IMG/VR virus record: IMGVR_UViG_3300047510_001256
Span: 64,001-128,000 of that record
Source of the DNA: a virus
Length of the DNA stretch: 64,000 nucleotides
Reading direction: 5' to 3' (one strand)
This document shows, piece by piece, positions 8,601 through 18,895 of this stretch. The stretch's first letter is position 1. Each line of letters opens with the position of its first letter. Position numbers and translations under genes: made by a program. The notes under the pieces were generated by a model. It was not told the origin of the DNA and ran no database searches. It was given only the letters and a program-made list of their open reading frames with translations.

Positions 8601-11600
8601 TTAAGTAGTTACCTGTACTGTCCAACCTTTGCTTCTGAGGAATTCTACTGCACCCTGTCCACGTTTGACAGATTTATTAATCAATTGCTGAATGCTAGAA
8701 ACTCTAAATTCCAATGACTGGAAAACGGTGTTTCCAGATTGGTTTACAAATTCAATTGTATTAGAAGTAGTTATAACATCCAGGTTTGCATATCCCTCAC
8801 CAACTGTATTTATTTGAGTTACAGTATAATTCAAATCTCCTGCTCTATAATAATCTGCTTTAATAGCAGAGACAGTGAATGTAGCAGTCAACGTTGACGC
8901 TGTTCCTAGTGCAGGTAATGTAACTGTTAATAACTGATTTAAAGAATATCCTCCATTATCAGGTTTATTTACTACAGTTCCTATGATTCCTCCACCAAAT
9001 CCACCATTAGTGACAGTAACACTTATTTCTGCACCACTACCAGTTGCAGAAGTAGTAGTGTATGTTGCTGTTCCATTAGTATATTCTCTAACATTACCAA
9101 GATTAACCAAGAGATAATTTCCAGACTGCGCTCCGGTCCCTGCAGCATTCATATTCAATACAACTTTGTCAACATTAGATTGTTTCGTGAATCCATCTCC
9201 ACCTTGAACTAAGGCAAGGTTGATTGGATTAAAATTACGACGAACATTAAAACTAACAGTGGCATTTGATGATGGTGAAGAAACACCTCCTGTAATTGGA
9301 GCACCAAGAGTAACAGTTTCTGATCCGCTTGGTATGCCATATCCAGACCCAGCAAATCCACTTACTATTTCAGCAGTGGCAACTCCACCACGAACATTTA
9401 CAGTAAGAACTCTTATTCTTAATCCAGTTCCCGTTCCAGTAACAGAATAAATTGCACCAGCAACATATCCAGTTGCCATATTATTAGTTCCATCATCACC
9501 AGAGCTCACAATACCAACAGTTCCTTGAGGAATACCATCCGCTTCGATTGTAAATGATATGCTTGCTCCTGTTCCGTTAGCAGAATTTGATCCTGCATTA
9601 GTAGAGTCATGAGTAAGAGTATAATTACCAGGAGTTAAAGGAATCGAATTCGATCCGGCAGACCATGAGAATGTTCCAGGAATACTTTGAATTACTCCAG
9701 GTAAAGAAGAAGGAGAGGCGACTGAGTTTACAGAATCAACAACATTCTTTACAGAATTAACATCTACATCAATTGTAAATGTAGCACCAAATCCACTGCC
9801 ACTACTAGTAGTTGCAACTCCAACATAATTTTTCTTAACCGGAATTAAACTAGCATTAATTGCAGTTCCAGTTATCTTTCCTCCTAAACTTGTAATGTTA
9901 CCATTGGAAACTGTTGGATCTGGGGGATCATCAACATCAAGAAGTGTTCCATTAATTGGCGGGAATTGTGATGGTCTAGACATATTGCTTCCCTGTAAAT
10001 TAAGAAGAACACCACCTCTAGGAGAAGCACTATAGTTATCAACAAAATCAAATAGTATTTGATCTATAGCTGATTCCGATAATTTATTATTTGATATGTC
10101 AAATGATATTACTTTGTATAATTTTTTAAAGCATCCCGATATATAATTTGTGAAATTATTATTATTCAATTGAACATATTTTACATTTGGAGTCGAGTCT
10201 GATAGGTTTGGAAATATGCCAGTGGTAGAATCATCTAATCCTGTGGTTGGATTTCTTCCAAATAAATTATTACTTAAGTAAAGATATTCAAGATTAGATA
10301 AAATAATTCCATCTTCAATTGAGGTAAGTTTATTATTACTAATATCGACATAATATAATTCAGGTTTATCAGTTAAATTGAATGGACCACTAAATTTATT
10401 ATCAGATATACGCAAATTACTCAACGCAGTTGCTTGAGAAAACGAAGGTAAAGGTCCGGACCAACCTTGCCCAGCAGAGTATACTGTTCTCAATGCAGTA
10501 TTGTCTTCGATATTAGGGAAACTTCCAGTAATTCTACCATTACTTTCCAATCTAAGGAATGACATTTTATCTTTTAATGGAGCAAATGCATCTGGTTCTA
10601 TTTCTCCCTTAAAATTAACATTATTAATATTAATATCTACACTAGTAATGTTTGTATTTGTGCTGAATTGATCGTTGTATAAAATTTTAGCTGGTTCAGC
10701 TTCTTGTATTTTAAGTTGGACTTCTCCAGTTCCTCCAAGTTCTAATGGCACATTCACCACTACGAATTCATTATTAACATAATCTATTCCTGGTGAAGTT
10801 AATGAGTAAGTAGATATAAATCCAGAAGAATCTGTAACAATTTGAACCTGTGCATTAATGCCACAAAAACTTCCTTTTCCTGTATCAGTTAAAGAGAATG
10901 TACTAGATGGAACAAAATCACCATTATTTGGAGCAATTGCACCGGAAACAACGCTGGTAATATTAATTACTAGATTCTTATTTAAGTTATTAGTATTAGG
11001 TGGATTGAAATTAACTGCACCGAAATGTAATTGATCACTTGTTGTGTAACCAGAACCAGATGATACTATAGTATAACTGGATGGAAATCCATTTGATCCA
11101 ACAACAACTTGCACAACAGCTGGTTGTATTGGATTTGAAAGAGTTCCATCATCTTGAACTGAATAAGTTCCTGGAGTATATCCTGGAGATGATGATCCGT
11201 TTTGGTTTTCGATAATGTAACCACCAAGAGGTTCTAGTATTCCACCCGAATCAAATAACTTAACGATCTTTCTTTTTCCTGGTCTTCCAGATACAATATT
11301 ATTAGTTGCATAATAATCATAAGCTGTCAAAGCTGGACATCCAAAATATCTTGGTAGATATCCTCTAATGTCAGAATAACTGCTGTTGTGTGCAGTTAAA
11401 GCAGCACAGTTAGCAAACTTAAAATTCTCCAAATCTGATCTAGGATAAGTATTATCAAGAATTTTTATTCTAGCATCACCACTACCACCAGGAATTGCTA
11501 TTGTTCCTGTAAGATCTCTTTTATAATCCTCACCACCATCTACAATGGTAGCACTAATAACTTTTCCTGCAGATGTTGTAATATTTAAAATCAAACCAGA

Positions 11601-13526
11601 TCCATCTCCTCCGGTTATTGTAACATTACCATTTACATACCCAGAAGTTCCTTGATTTGATACTTCAATTTCAGTTACTGAACCTCTACCAATATATCCA
11701 TTCCACTGACTATGAACAGATCTCCTATTAGATCCAAAAGTATGAGAATATGATTGCAGAGAAGTAAAGTTTGAACAATTTGCAATAGGTAATGCTGTAT
11801 AAGATGTACTAACGGTTGTTATATTATTTCCGCAGTTAAGAGTAAAGAATTTTTTAGTAGATCCTAGACTTGTATTTGAAGTCAAACCTAAAGAAACAAT
11901 ACTAGTTAATTCTTCAATACTAAGTGTATTAAATACTCTAAGAACTTCAAATACAGGTTGCTGAGCTGTAGGATTTCCAAGTGTCGTAGTAGAGACAGTA
12001 AAAGTATCCCCAACTTGATATGATTTTCCTGGATCTTTTATTTGAATGAAGGAAATAAATCCATTTGAAACTGTTATATCAGCAGTAGCTCCTTCACCAC
12101 TGCCAGTAATATTAACTACAGGAACATTCTGATAGGTTCCGTTAACAAAACTCTGAGCTCCTCCATTGCCAGAGAAATTAGTTTTATATCCTTTTGGTGG
12201 GAAAGTTTGTCCAGAAGGAGGATCAAATGGATTTCTATCTATGCCACCTTGTCTACCAGCTGGAATAGTTCTGAAATCATTATTAGTAAAATCAATTGTT
12301 GCAATCGAATGAGATCCAGAATTTCCAGATATACCATAAAAAGTTGGAAGTTCTCCATTAGGATTAACACTATCGGGATAGAAGTATGCTCCATTAAATA
12401 GAGATCTAGAAGCACTCAAGGTAGTTAAAGATCCGAGATTTCTTAAGGTATGCTGTTCAAATCCTGCTTTGAAACATCCGATAATGTTTAGCGTTCTAAT
12501 TGTGCTCGGAAAATTTCTGGAAACTTCTTCGCTGAAATATCTTTTCTTAGCATCATTAGAATTAAAGAATGGATTATTTTGTATCCTTAGGGTCTGAACT
12601 GCAGGAGTAAAGAAAACAAAATTAGGACATTCAATAAGACCATTACTTTCAAAGGTCAGTGATGAAAGATTGATAAGTCTAGACTTTGGAAGTTCTTGAA
12701 TACTGCAATTACTTAGAGAAAGTGTAGTTATTTCAAGTGGGTTTTTATAAATTTCAATAGTTTTAGATGACGAGAAAGGAGATCCATAATTAAAATTAGA
12801 TGATGAAGAACTCGATATAATATTTGGAAAGTCTTGTATCTGTCCACTACCATCTGTATTATACACCCTCCAACTAACTGGAGCTCCACCACTATACCCT
12901 ACCGAAGAAGAAAAATCACGGAAAAATCCTTTGAATCTAATTGGAATTCCTTTCATTACTAATAAAAATTGTTCAACTCCATTAATTCTTAATTTTATTT
13001 TATGTGTTGGAGTTTCGGATGAGAATGTTCTTTGTTGTGGTATGGGTCTTGTTCTCAAAGAACCTATTGATAACTTTCCGTTGATGGATACATCAGCTCC
13101 ATACACAATAGCATCATTAATTGAACTCCAAGAACTTACACGGGAAGTTGAAATATCTCCCCACCTAAGAATTGGAGTTTGACCGGAGGATTCCAACAAA
13201 GAATATCTAAATGCAGTAGATGATAATGGACCAAGAACTTCTAAGTTTCCTCTAGTTCTAAAATCAACTCCTGCGGAAGAACTTAACTGACCATTATATG
13301 TAAGAACATCAGTAATATATCTATCAAAAGTTCTCCAGATGGGAACATTGAGATTAGATAAAGTCTGCAAATCTAGTGTATCAAATCCAGTAAGAGATAC
13401 TTCACGAATTATATCAATATCTCTAATGTCTAGAGATATGTTAAGCAGTGCCTCTTCTCTATCCGGTATATCAGCTAAAGATAGAGGAACTGCGAGACCA
13501 AAAATTCTTTCGTTTTTAATTGCCAT
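8601..13526 (-). CDS. Leucine-rich-repeat virion structural protein
   Basis: 1641 aa; LRRs (ITTLSLSNCSIQELP, LSNLRISDNKFSGP, LEYLYLSNNLF) interleaved with GxGY fibre-type repeats. Confidence 0.8.
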   Translation of the reverse strand: MAIKNERIFGLAVPLSLADIPDREEALLNISLDIRDIDIIREVSLTGFDTLDLQTLSNLNVPIWRTFDRYITDVLTYNGQLSSSAGVDFRTRGNLEVLGPLSSTAFRYSLLESSGQTPILRWGDISTSRVSSWSSINDAIVYGADVSINGKLSIGSLRTRPIPQQRTFSSETPTHKIKLRINGVEQFLLVMKGIPIRFKGFFRDFSSSVGYSGGAPVSWRVYNTDGSGQIQDFPNIISSSSSSNFNYGSPFSSSKTIEIYKNPLEITTLSLSNCSIQELPKSRLINLSSLTFESNGLIECPNFVFFTPAVQTLRIQNNPFFNSNDAKKRYFSEEVSRNFPSTIRTLNIIGCFKAGFEQHTLRNLGSLTTLSASRSLFNGAYFYPDSVNPNGELPTFYGISGNSGSHSIATIDFTNNDFRTIPAGRQGGIDRNPFDPPSGQTFPPKGYKTNFSGNGGAQSFVNGTYQNVPVVNITGSGEGATADITVSNGFISFIQIKDPGKSYQVGDTFTVSTTTLGNPTAQQPVFEVLRVFNTLSIEELTSIVSLGLTSNTSLGSTKKFFTLNCGNNITTVSTSYTALPIANCSNFTSLQSYSHTFGSNRRSVHSQWNGYIGRGSVTEIEVSNQGTSGYVNGNVTITGGDGSGLILNITTSAGKVISATIVDGGEDYKRDLTGTIAIPGGSGDARIKILDNTYPRSDLENFKFANCAALTAHNSSYSDIRGYLPRYFGCPALTAYDYYATNNIVSGRPGKRKIVKLFDSGGILEPLGGYIIENQNGSSSPGYTPGTYSVQDDGTLSNPIQPAVVQVVVGSNGFPSSYTIVSSGSGYTTSDQLHFGAVNFNPPNTNNLNKNLVINITSVVSGAIAPNNGDFVPSSTFSLTDTGKGSFCGINAQVQIVTDSSGFISTYSLTSPGIDYVNNEFVVVNVPLELGGTGEVQLKIQEAEPAKILYNDQFSTNTNITSVDININNVNFKGEIEPDAFAPLKDKMSFLRLESNGRITGSFPNIEDNTALRTVYSAGQGWSGPLPSFSQATALSNLRISDNKFSGPFNLTDKPELYYVDISNNKLTSIEDGIILSNLEYLYLSNNLFGRNPTTGLDDSTTGIFPNLSDSTPNVKYVQLNNNNFTNYISGCFKKLYKVISFDISNNKLSESAIDQILFDFVDNYSASPRGGVLLNLQGSNMSRPSQFPPINGTLLDVDDPPDPTVSNGNITSLGGKITGTAINASLIPVKKNYVGVATTSSGSGFGATFTIDVDVNSVKNVVDSVNSVASPSSLPGVIQSIPGTFSWSAGSNSIPLTPGNYTLTHDSTNAGSNSANGTGASISFTIEADGIPQGTVGIVSSGDDGTNNMATGYVAGAIYSVTGTGTGLRIRVLTVNVRGGVATAEIVSGFAGSGYGIPSGSETVTLGAPITGGVSSPSSNATVSFNVRRNFNPINLALVQGGDGFTKQSNVDKVVLNMNAAGTGAQSGNYLLVNLGNVREYTNGTATYTTTSATGSGAEISVTVTNGGFGGGIIGTVVNKPDNGGYSLNQLLTVTLPALGTASTLTATFTVSAIKADYYRAGDLNYTVTQINTVGEGYANLDVITTSNTIEFVNQSGNTVFQSLEFRVSSIQQLINKSVKRGQGAVEFLRSKGWTVQVTT

Positions 13527-13528
13527 CT

Positions 13529-16500
13529 TTACTGTTGTTCGATGTAGTTTAGAGTTCCAGCAATTGTTGTGTTAGCAATGTCTCTTGACGTTGCAACAAA
13601 GAAGTATGCTGTAGTATTTAGAAGATCAGGCGTAATCGTTTCTCGTTGTGGTCCAAATATCATTGAAAGATCTAACTGTTTTGTTTGATATTGATCATCA
13701 GTGCCATCGGCAGGGTTCCCTAGATTTCCACCAACATAAAATCTATCCACAACTTCATATGGTCTCAATTGTGATGTGCTTTGCGTATCAACTAAAGCAG
13801 AAGACAGTCTATTCTCAGAGGTGAAGTTTGGCGGAGAACTTTCTTGATCTCCTGTTGTGAGAGATGTTTGTCCTATCTCACCAACCTCTAATAATTGACC
13901 ATCAATACTACCATTTTCAAGAGTCACTGAAGGGGATCCAATCCATCTTGGGTTATATGTATTTTGAACTTGAGAAAATTCACGAATTGTTGGAGAATTA
14001 ATCCTACAGTTATCTCTCATTTCCATAAAGAAATAGAGAGGATATGGATTAAAGTCAAAAGATTTCTTAGACAATCTTCTGAAGGACTCTAGGAATACAG
14101 GTATATTATAAATGTAAACATCTGTAGCATTAGTAGCATTTACAAGTCTTCCAGTTAAATTATTGAATACATTTGTTCCTGATAGTTTAACAACAGTAAA
14201 TTGTCCTTGACCTGAGATAGTATATGTAACAAAATCGCTAGCAAATCTAACACCAGATCCTAACTGGGGAATATTATCTGGATCATCAAAGTCCACACCA
14301 TTTTGACTTGGATTTAAATTATTATATCCTATCTCCCCTCCCTGAGCATTGTAATCTAAGAACGGTCCACCAGCTTTTCTCAAGTAATATGCATTTGCAT
14401 CAAATGTAGAGTTCACATCAGCAAAAAGTTCAGCAATACTTTTCCCGGATGATTCATCAACCACACTACTAATAGAAGATGCCGGAATTTGCTGAACAAA
14501 ATTAATCTCAGGAGATCCAACAGTAATATTACAATAAGAACATCTTCCACTATTTGTTCCGGGAGGATCGGGAATACGATAATCTACTGTAAACACTGGA
14601 ACTCTACCATAATCATATTCAGAAATTTCAAATCCTTCTGCATCTCTGAATAATGCCTCAGCGAATCTTTCTGCATATAATTTATATTGCTCAGTAAAAT
14701 TCTCCTGACTTATAACTTCTCCTGTTGCTGGGCGCTCCCATTGAATTGGACTATTTGGAGATGCTTGTGTTGGTTTAAATGGGGTAATTCCAAGTCTAAA
14801 GTCTGCTCGTTGATTTGAACTGAAGGATCCATTATCTACAGAACCTACATTCCTAGGGATTAAAGCAAGAATACTATTGTCTTTACCATAAACTGGGAAA
14901 GTAGAAGCAGCAATAGACTTATACTGACTCAATCTGCATGGATATCTATAAGTAGTTTGCCTTACCTCAGAGTCACCAAATCTCTCAAATTTCTGTAGTG
15001 CTCTTGGAACTTTATACTGGATTGCCTCAAATACCTGTCCCCCAAGTGATCTTATCAGATTTTCATTGACAGTCCATAAAGAAACAAGTGTAACACCGAT
15101 GGCATTTTTATAAGTATCGCCTATTTTAATCTGAGATGAGTAAGTTATACCAGAATTTTCAGCAAAGTCTGTAGTTCCAGGGAAAGGAATATCTAAGTAA
15201 GTTAACCAAACTTTTTCGGCAATCACCTTAGCATTATAATCAAGTTCAAAGAAAAGTAGAGGTTGAATAGTTAATGGTGTTCCTGTGGATGATGAGGGAG
15301 ATGGAATGTTAGTAGTAAATGTGTTATTCGATAAATTAATATCAGTAATATAACAATTCTCTACTCCTTGAGAAAGAAGATATGATTGAGTCCATATTAA
15401 TCTGTCGGGATCTATAACATCTCCAATTCTCAAAAATCTCATGCGATTTCCTGATGTAAATGGTTGTGATTTGTCAGGTTCACCATTTACATCCGCAAAT
15501 CCAAGAACATTTACAAGATTACTACCAGACGATAGAGAAACTTGTCTTCCTAATTTACTAATTTCAAATCTAGCAGCAACTGTTTGCTGTTGATTAATAT
15601 AATCTGGAGTTCCATAATCATATATTGCATCTCCATTTCCATCAGTTCCAATTCTTAGCAACTCAAAATATCTTTCGTCTCCAACATATCCAGATGATAC
15701 ATTAGTCTGATATGTATGTGCAAAACCTGGACACGCAACACACTTAACCAAAGAAATCTCTGTCAATCCATTGGCAGTGAGAGAAAGTTCTCTTGGATAA
15801 ATGGACTGTTTGTTTTTAATAACTTTTCCTAAGGAATTATAGATAACTGTTTTTGGAAGTAACCCAACTACAGTTGTACTTCTAGTCACAGAAGGAGCAT
15901 TTGGATCTGGTAATCCTGTATTTGGATCAATTGCGGTTGTTTCAGTTGGTGCTATTTTTGGTTCACTAGTAACAGAATTAACTTTAATTGTTCCATCATC
16001 TCCGCCATCAATATAGCAAGACGTTCCATACTTATACACAAACTGTGGAGTGTCAACCGATGCCGGACCCTCATTAACAACAGCATACTTAAACTTAAAG
16101 TATGGATCACCCATAGAAGGTCTTCCGATGGAATTTTCAATTACTAAAGTATGAACAGCAACCCATCTAGCTTCATTATTATTGACCGGAACATAAACAT
16201 AAAATTTAACTCCAATGGCACCATACCATCCGAATTCAATCTTATACATGGTAACGTCTTCTATCTTCAAATTCCATCCGGATGGACCATTACCATTAAG
16301 TGGATCGCCATTCCACAAATCTCTTGGTATTTTAGTTTCAAATACCGGCTTGTCTATAAGTCCTGAGAAAGTGCTATCTCCACCACCTTGAGCATCATTA
16401 TTACTATCAAGTGTTGTTATGATTTGATCGCCATCAAAATATGGTTCTATAGCATCAATTTTTTGTGCTACTGATGTATTTTCATCAGTGAGAATATCTG

Positions 16501-18892
16501 CATATGTTGACTCTCTAAATGTTTTAAAGTCTGGAGATCCAGGATTTAATATATTTCTTTCCATTACAGAATCTGATAATGGAACTACACTTCGTCTCAC
16601 TATATTAATATTTGCACCTTCCACTTGGAAGACCAGTTCATCAGTGTCATTTGAGATTCCCCATTCCAATCTAACGGCATTAGTAGTAGCATCTCCAGAT
16701 GCACGAACACCAAAAGTATATCCACTAATTCTACCGGGTTGATATCTAAATGCTTTTCTTGATATTAAAAAAGCTCTAGATACAGATGCTGGTCCTGCTC
16801 CAGGCAAAGAATCATTGATTGGGGATATTGTTAATCCGATTCCAAAATCAATTCCTATAATATACTTAACAATATCAGGTAAATTTTCTACGTCATTGGG
16901 AGTCAGTAATCCTTGACCTGGAATAGTTAATTGTAATCTATTTAATTTTTTCCAAGATGTTTCTAACGTATCGCACTGATTACATAAATCTCCAAAAGTA
17001 TTATATGCTTGATTCAAGGGGAAAACTAAATTCCTAAACATCAATCCTGGAGACTTGAACTGCATGTCACCATTAATATTAACCGTCGATTTACTAGTTT
17101 CGCCAATTACAGTGAAGTAAGTATCATTAGTAGTTCCCGGACGATTTTTCCATTCCGTCCATAAAAATCCAACATCTTCATTAAAATGTATAGTTCCATC
17201 AAATAAACTATATGTTCTTAATGTTCCTATCGGTTCAACTCCCGGTTTTGGAACTCCATCTACAGTATCACCAATGTAATAAATGTTTTCCCCTGCTAAA
17301 AATGGACTGATCAGAGCTTCATTATTATCATAGTATGGGAATTGTTTGTTTGTTATTCTAGGATCATCCCCTAAAACATATTCCAAGTCTGTAGAAGCAA
17401 AACTTGCAACGTAAGGAAAGAAGTTTAATGCATACCCAGTATCAGTTAATCCTGAAGTCGCTGCGCCATCTCCTCTTGCTGGAGATGGTGATGTTGGTTT
17501 AAAATAATCATAAAGTAACATTCCTAACTTAATGAAGTTACAAAATTTCTTATGACTTGTACTAGTTACTGATGTTGTTGAGGATGGACCTGGAGGATAA
17601 GAATAGGAATAAGACTGTGGATATGATCCAATAATAATTGCAGATTCCTCTTTTCCTTCTATGTAAGTGCTTCTATAGTGCTTTCCGTATTCTCTGTTTC
17701 TTCTAGTAACCCATTCAAAGGGACTATTTTCAGATGGATCTGTGCTATAAAAAAGAAAATCATCATTGTCCAATCCATAAGTAGAAACATTAGAAAATAA
17801 TCCTAACTGTGTTTCTGCTTTAGGAATTCCAAGAATACTAGAACTAACTTCACTGAATAAAGGAAACTGTTCTTCTATAGGTAAAACTGGATCAACTTGT
17901 CTAGTGTCTCTACGATAAATTGCACCAACGCCAGAGAATTTTCCAACACCTACACTAACCAATGGTTTTTGATTTGTTACGGCAAGTGATAAAAATACAG
18001 TAGAATCATCTTGAACAGAAGAAACAGATCTAAGTTCATTTGCTGGCACTGTGCTAGCAATAATATTAATTTGTGCGGGGGTGCTTCCAGAAGCAGTTCC
18101 TGTATTTAAAGTTACCGTTCCAGTAACGTATCCTTTACCACCTTGAATGATAGTATAGGAAGCTATTTGACCATTACCAACACTATCAACTCTAATTACT
18201 AATCCATCACCAGTAGCGGCTTTTACTATATCACCTTGATTATAAGAATTACCAGCAGAAACTATTGCGGGAACACCTTTACCAGTAACAACCCCAACTA
18301 GTTCACCAGTAGGAAGAACTAATTTATTTTTTATTTGCAATTCCGATGTGAATTTAGTTCCTTCTCCGGAAACTAACGTTCCAACTCCAGTAATTCTAGC
18401 AACAGCATTGTTTAATGGTTGTCCGGATGGGGATGGAATTGTGAATTGTGTTCCTGCTACATAATTACTTCCACTTGATCCGGTTTTCGGAATGATACTA
18501 CTTAAAGATCCGGTTAGAGAATCTACAATATAAGTAACAACTCCGTTTCCATCGCCATCAGAAGAGAGAACAAAATCCCCACCATTAACAAATCCCCCAC
18601 CAGGATTTATAACTTCTATAGAAAGTATGCTATCATTTAATATAAAGAAATTTTTTCCAGTTAATCTATAATCAATTTGTTTGAAAGTTTTACCCTCATC
18701 AGTAAAAACAATTGATGTTGCTTTGGAAGATACTGCTTCAGATGATAAAGTTATATTTTGTTCTGATACAAGAATTGTTCCGCCAGAGTCTGTTAAAACT
18801 TGTCCTGTTTGTAAATTATAAAGTGGTTGATTACTGGGCACAACCGGAGCTGGTTGCTTGTCGTGCCCTATTCTAATATCTAATCCAGACAT
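13529..18892 (-). CDS. Giant virion structural protein (paralogue of 18896..22729)
   Basis: 1787 aa; FRYQPGR and VTMYKIEFGWYGA blocks of cyanomyovirus structural proteins. Confidence 0.8.
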   Translation of the reverse strand: MSGLDIRIGHDKQPAPVVPSNQPLYNLQTGQVLTDSGGTILVSEQNITLSSEAVSSKATSIVFTDEGKTFKQIDYRLTGKNFFILNDSILSIEVINPGGGFVNGGDFVLSSDGDGNGVVTYIVDSLTGSLSSIIPKTGSSGSNYVAGTQFTIPSPSGQPLNNAVARITGVGTLVSGEGTKFTSELQIKNKLVLPTGELVGVVTGKGVPAIVSAGNSYNQGDIVKAATGDGLVIRVDSVGNGQIASYTIIQGGKGYVTGTVTLNTGTASGSTPAQINIIASTVPANELRSVSSVQDDSTVFLSLAVTNQKPLVSVGVGKFSGVGAIYRRDTRQVDPVLPIEEQFPLFSEVSSSILGIPKAETQLGLFSNVSTYGLDNDDFLFYSTDPSENSPFEWVTRRNREYGKHYRSTYIEGKEESAIIIGSYPQSYSYSYPPGPSSTTSVTSTSHKKFCNFIKLGMLLYDYFKPTSPSPARGDGAATSGLTDTGYALNFFPYVASFASTDLEYVLGDDPRITNKQFPYYDNNEALISPFLAGENIYYIGDTVDGVPKPGVEPIGTLRTYSLFDGTIHFNEDVGFLWTEWKNRPGTTNDTYFTVIGETSKSTVNINGDMQFKSPGLMFRNLVFPLNQAYNTFGDLCNQCDTLETSWKKLNRLQLTIPGQGLLTPNDVENLPDIVKYIIGIDFGIGLTISPINDSLPGAGPASVSRAFLISRKAFRYQPGRISGYTFGVRASGDATTNAVRLEWGISNDTDELVFQVEGANINIVRRSVVPLSDSVMERNILNPGSPDFKTFRESTYADILTDENTSVAQKIDAIEPYFDGDQIITTLDSNNDAQGGGDSTFSGLIDKPVFETKIPRDLWNGDPLNGNGPSGWNLKIEDVTMYKIEFGWYGAIGVKFYVYVPVNNNEARWVAVHTLVIENSIGRPSMGDPYFKFKYAVVNEGPASVDTPQFVYKYGTSCYIDGGDDGTIKVNSVTSEPKIAPTETTAIDPNTGLPDPNAPSVTRSTTVVGLLPKTVIYNSLGKVIKNKQSIYPRELSLTANGLTEISLVKCVACPGFAHTYQTNVSSGYVGDERYFELLRIGTDGNGDAIYDYGTPDYINQQQTVAARFEISKLGRQVSLSSGSNLVNVLGFADVNGEPDKSQPFTSGNRMRFLRIGDVIDPDRLIWTQSYLLSQGVENCYITDINLSNNTFTTNIPSPSSSTGTPLTIQPLLFFELDYNAKVIAEKVWLTYLDIPFPGTTDFAENSGITYSSQIKIGDTYKNAIGVTLVSLWTVNENLIRSLGGQVFEAIQYKVPRALQKFERFGDSEVRQTTYRYPCRLSQYKSIAASTFPVYGKDNSILALIPRNVGSVDNGSFSSNQRADFRLGITPFKPTQASPNSPIQWERPATGEVISQENFTEQYKLYAERFAEALFRDAEGFEISEYDYGRVPVFTVDYRIPDPPGTNSGRCSYCNITVGSPEINFVQQIPASSISSVVDESSGKSIAELFADVNSTFDANAYYLRKAGGPFLDYNAQGGEIGYNNLNPSQNGVDFDDPDNIPQLGSGVRFASDFVTYTISGQGQFTVVKLSGTNVFNNLTGRLVNATNATDVYIYNIPVFLESFRRLSKKSFDFNPYPLYFFMEMRDNCRINSPTIREFSQVQNTYNPRWIGSPSVTLENGSIDGQLLEVGEIGQTSLTTGDQESSPPNFTSENRLSSALVDTQSTSQLRPYEVVDRFYVGGNLGNPADGTDDQYQTKQLDLSMIFGPQRETITPDLLNTTAYFFVATSRDIANTTIAGTLNYIEQQ

Positions 18893-18895
18893 ATA

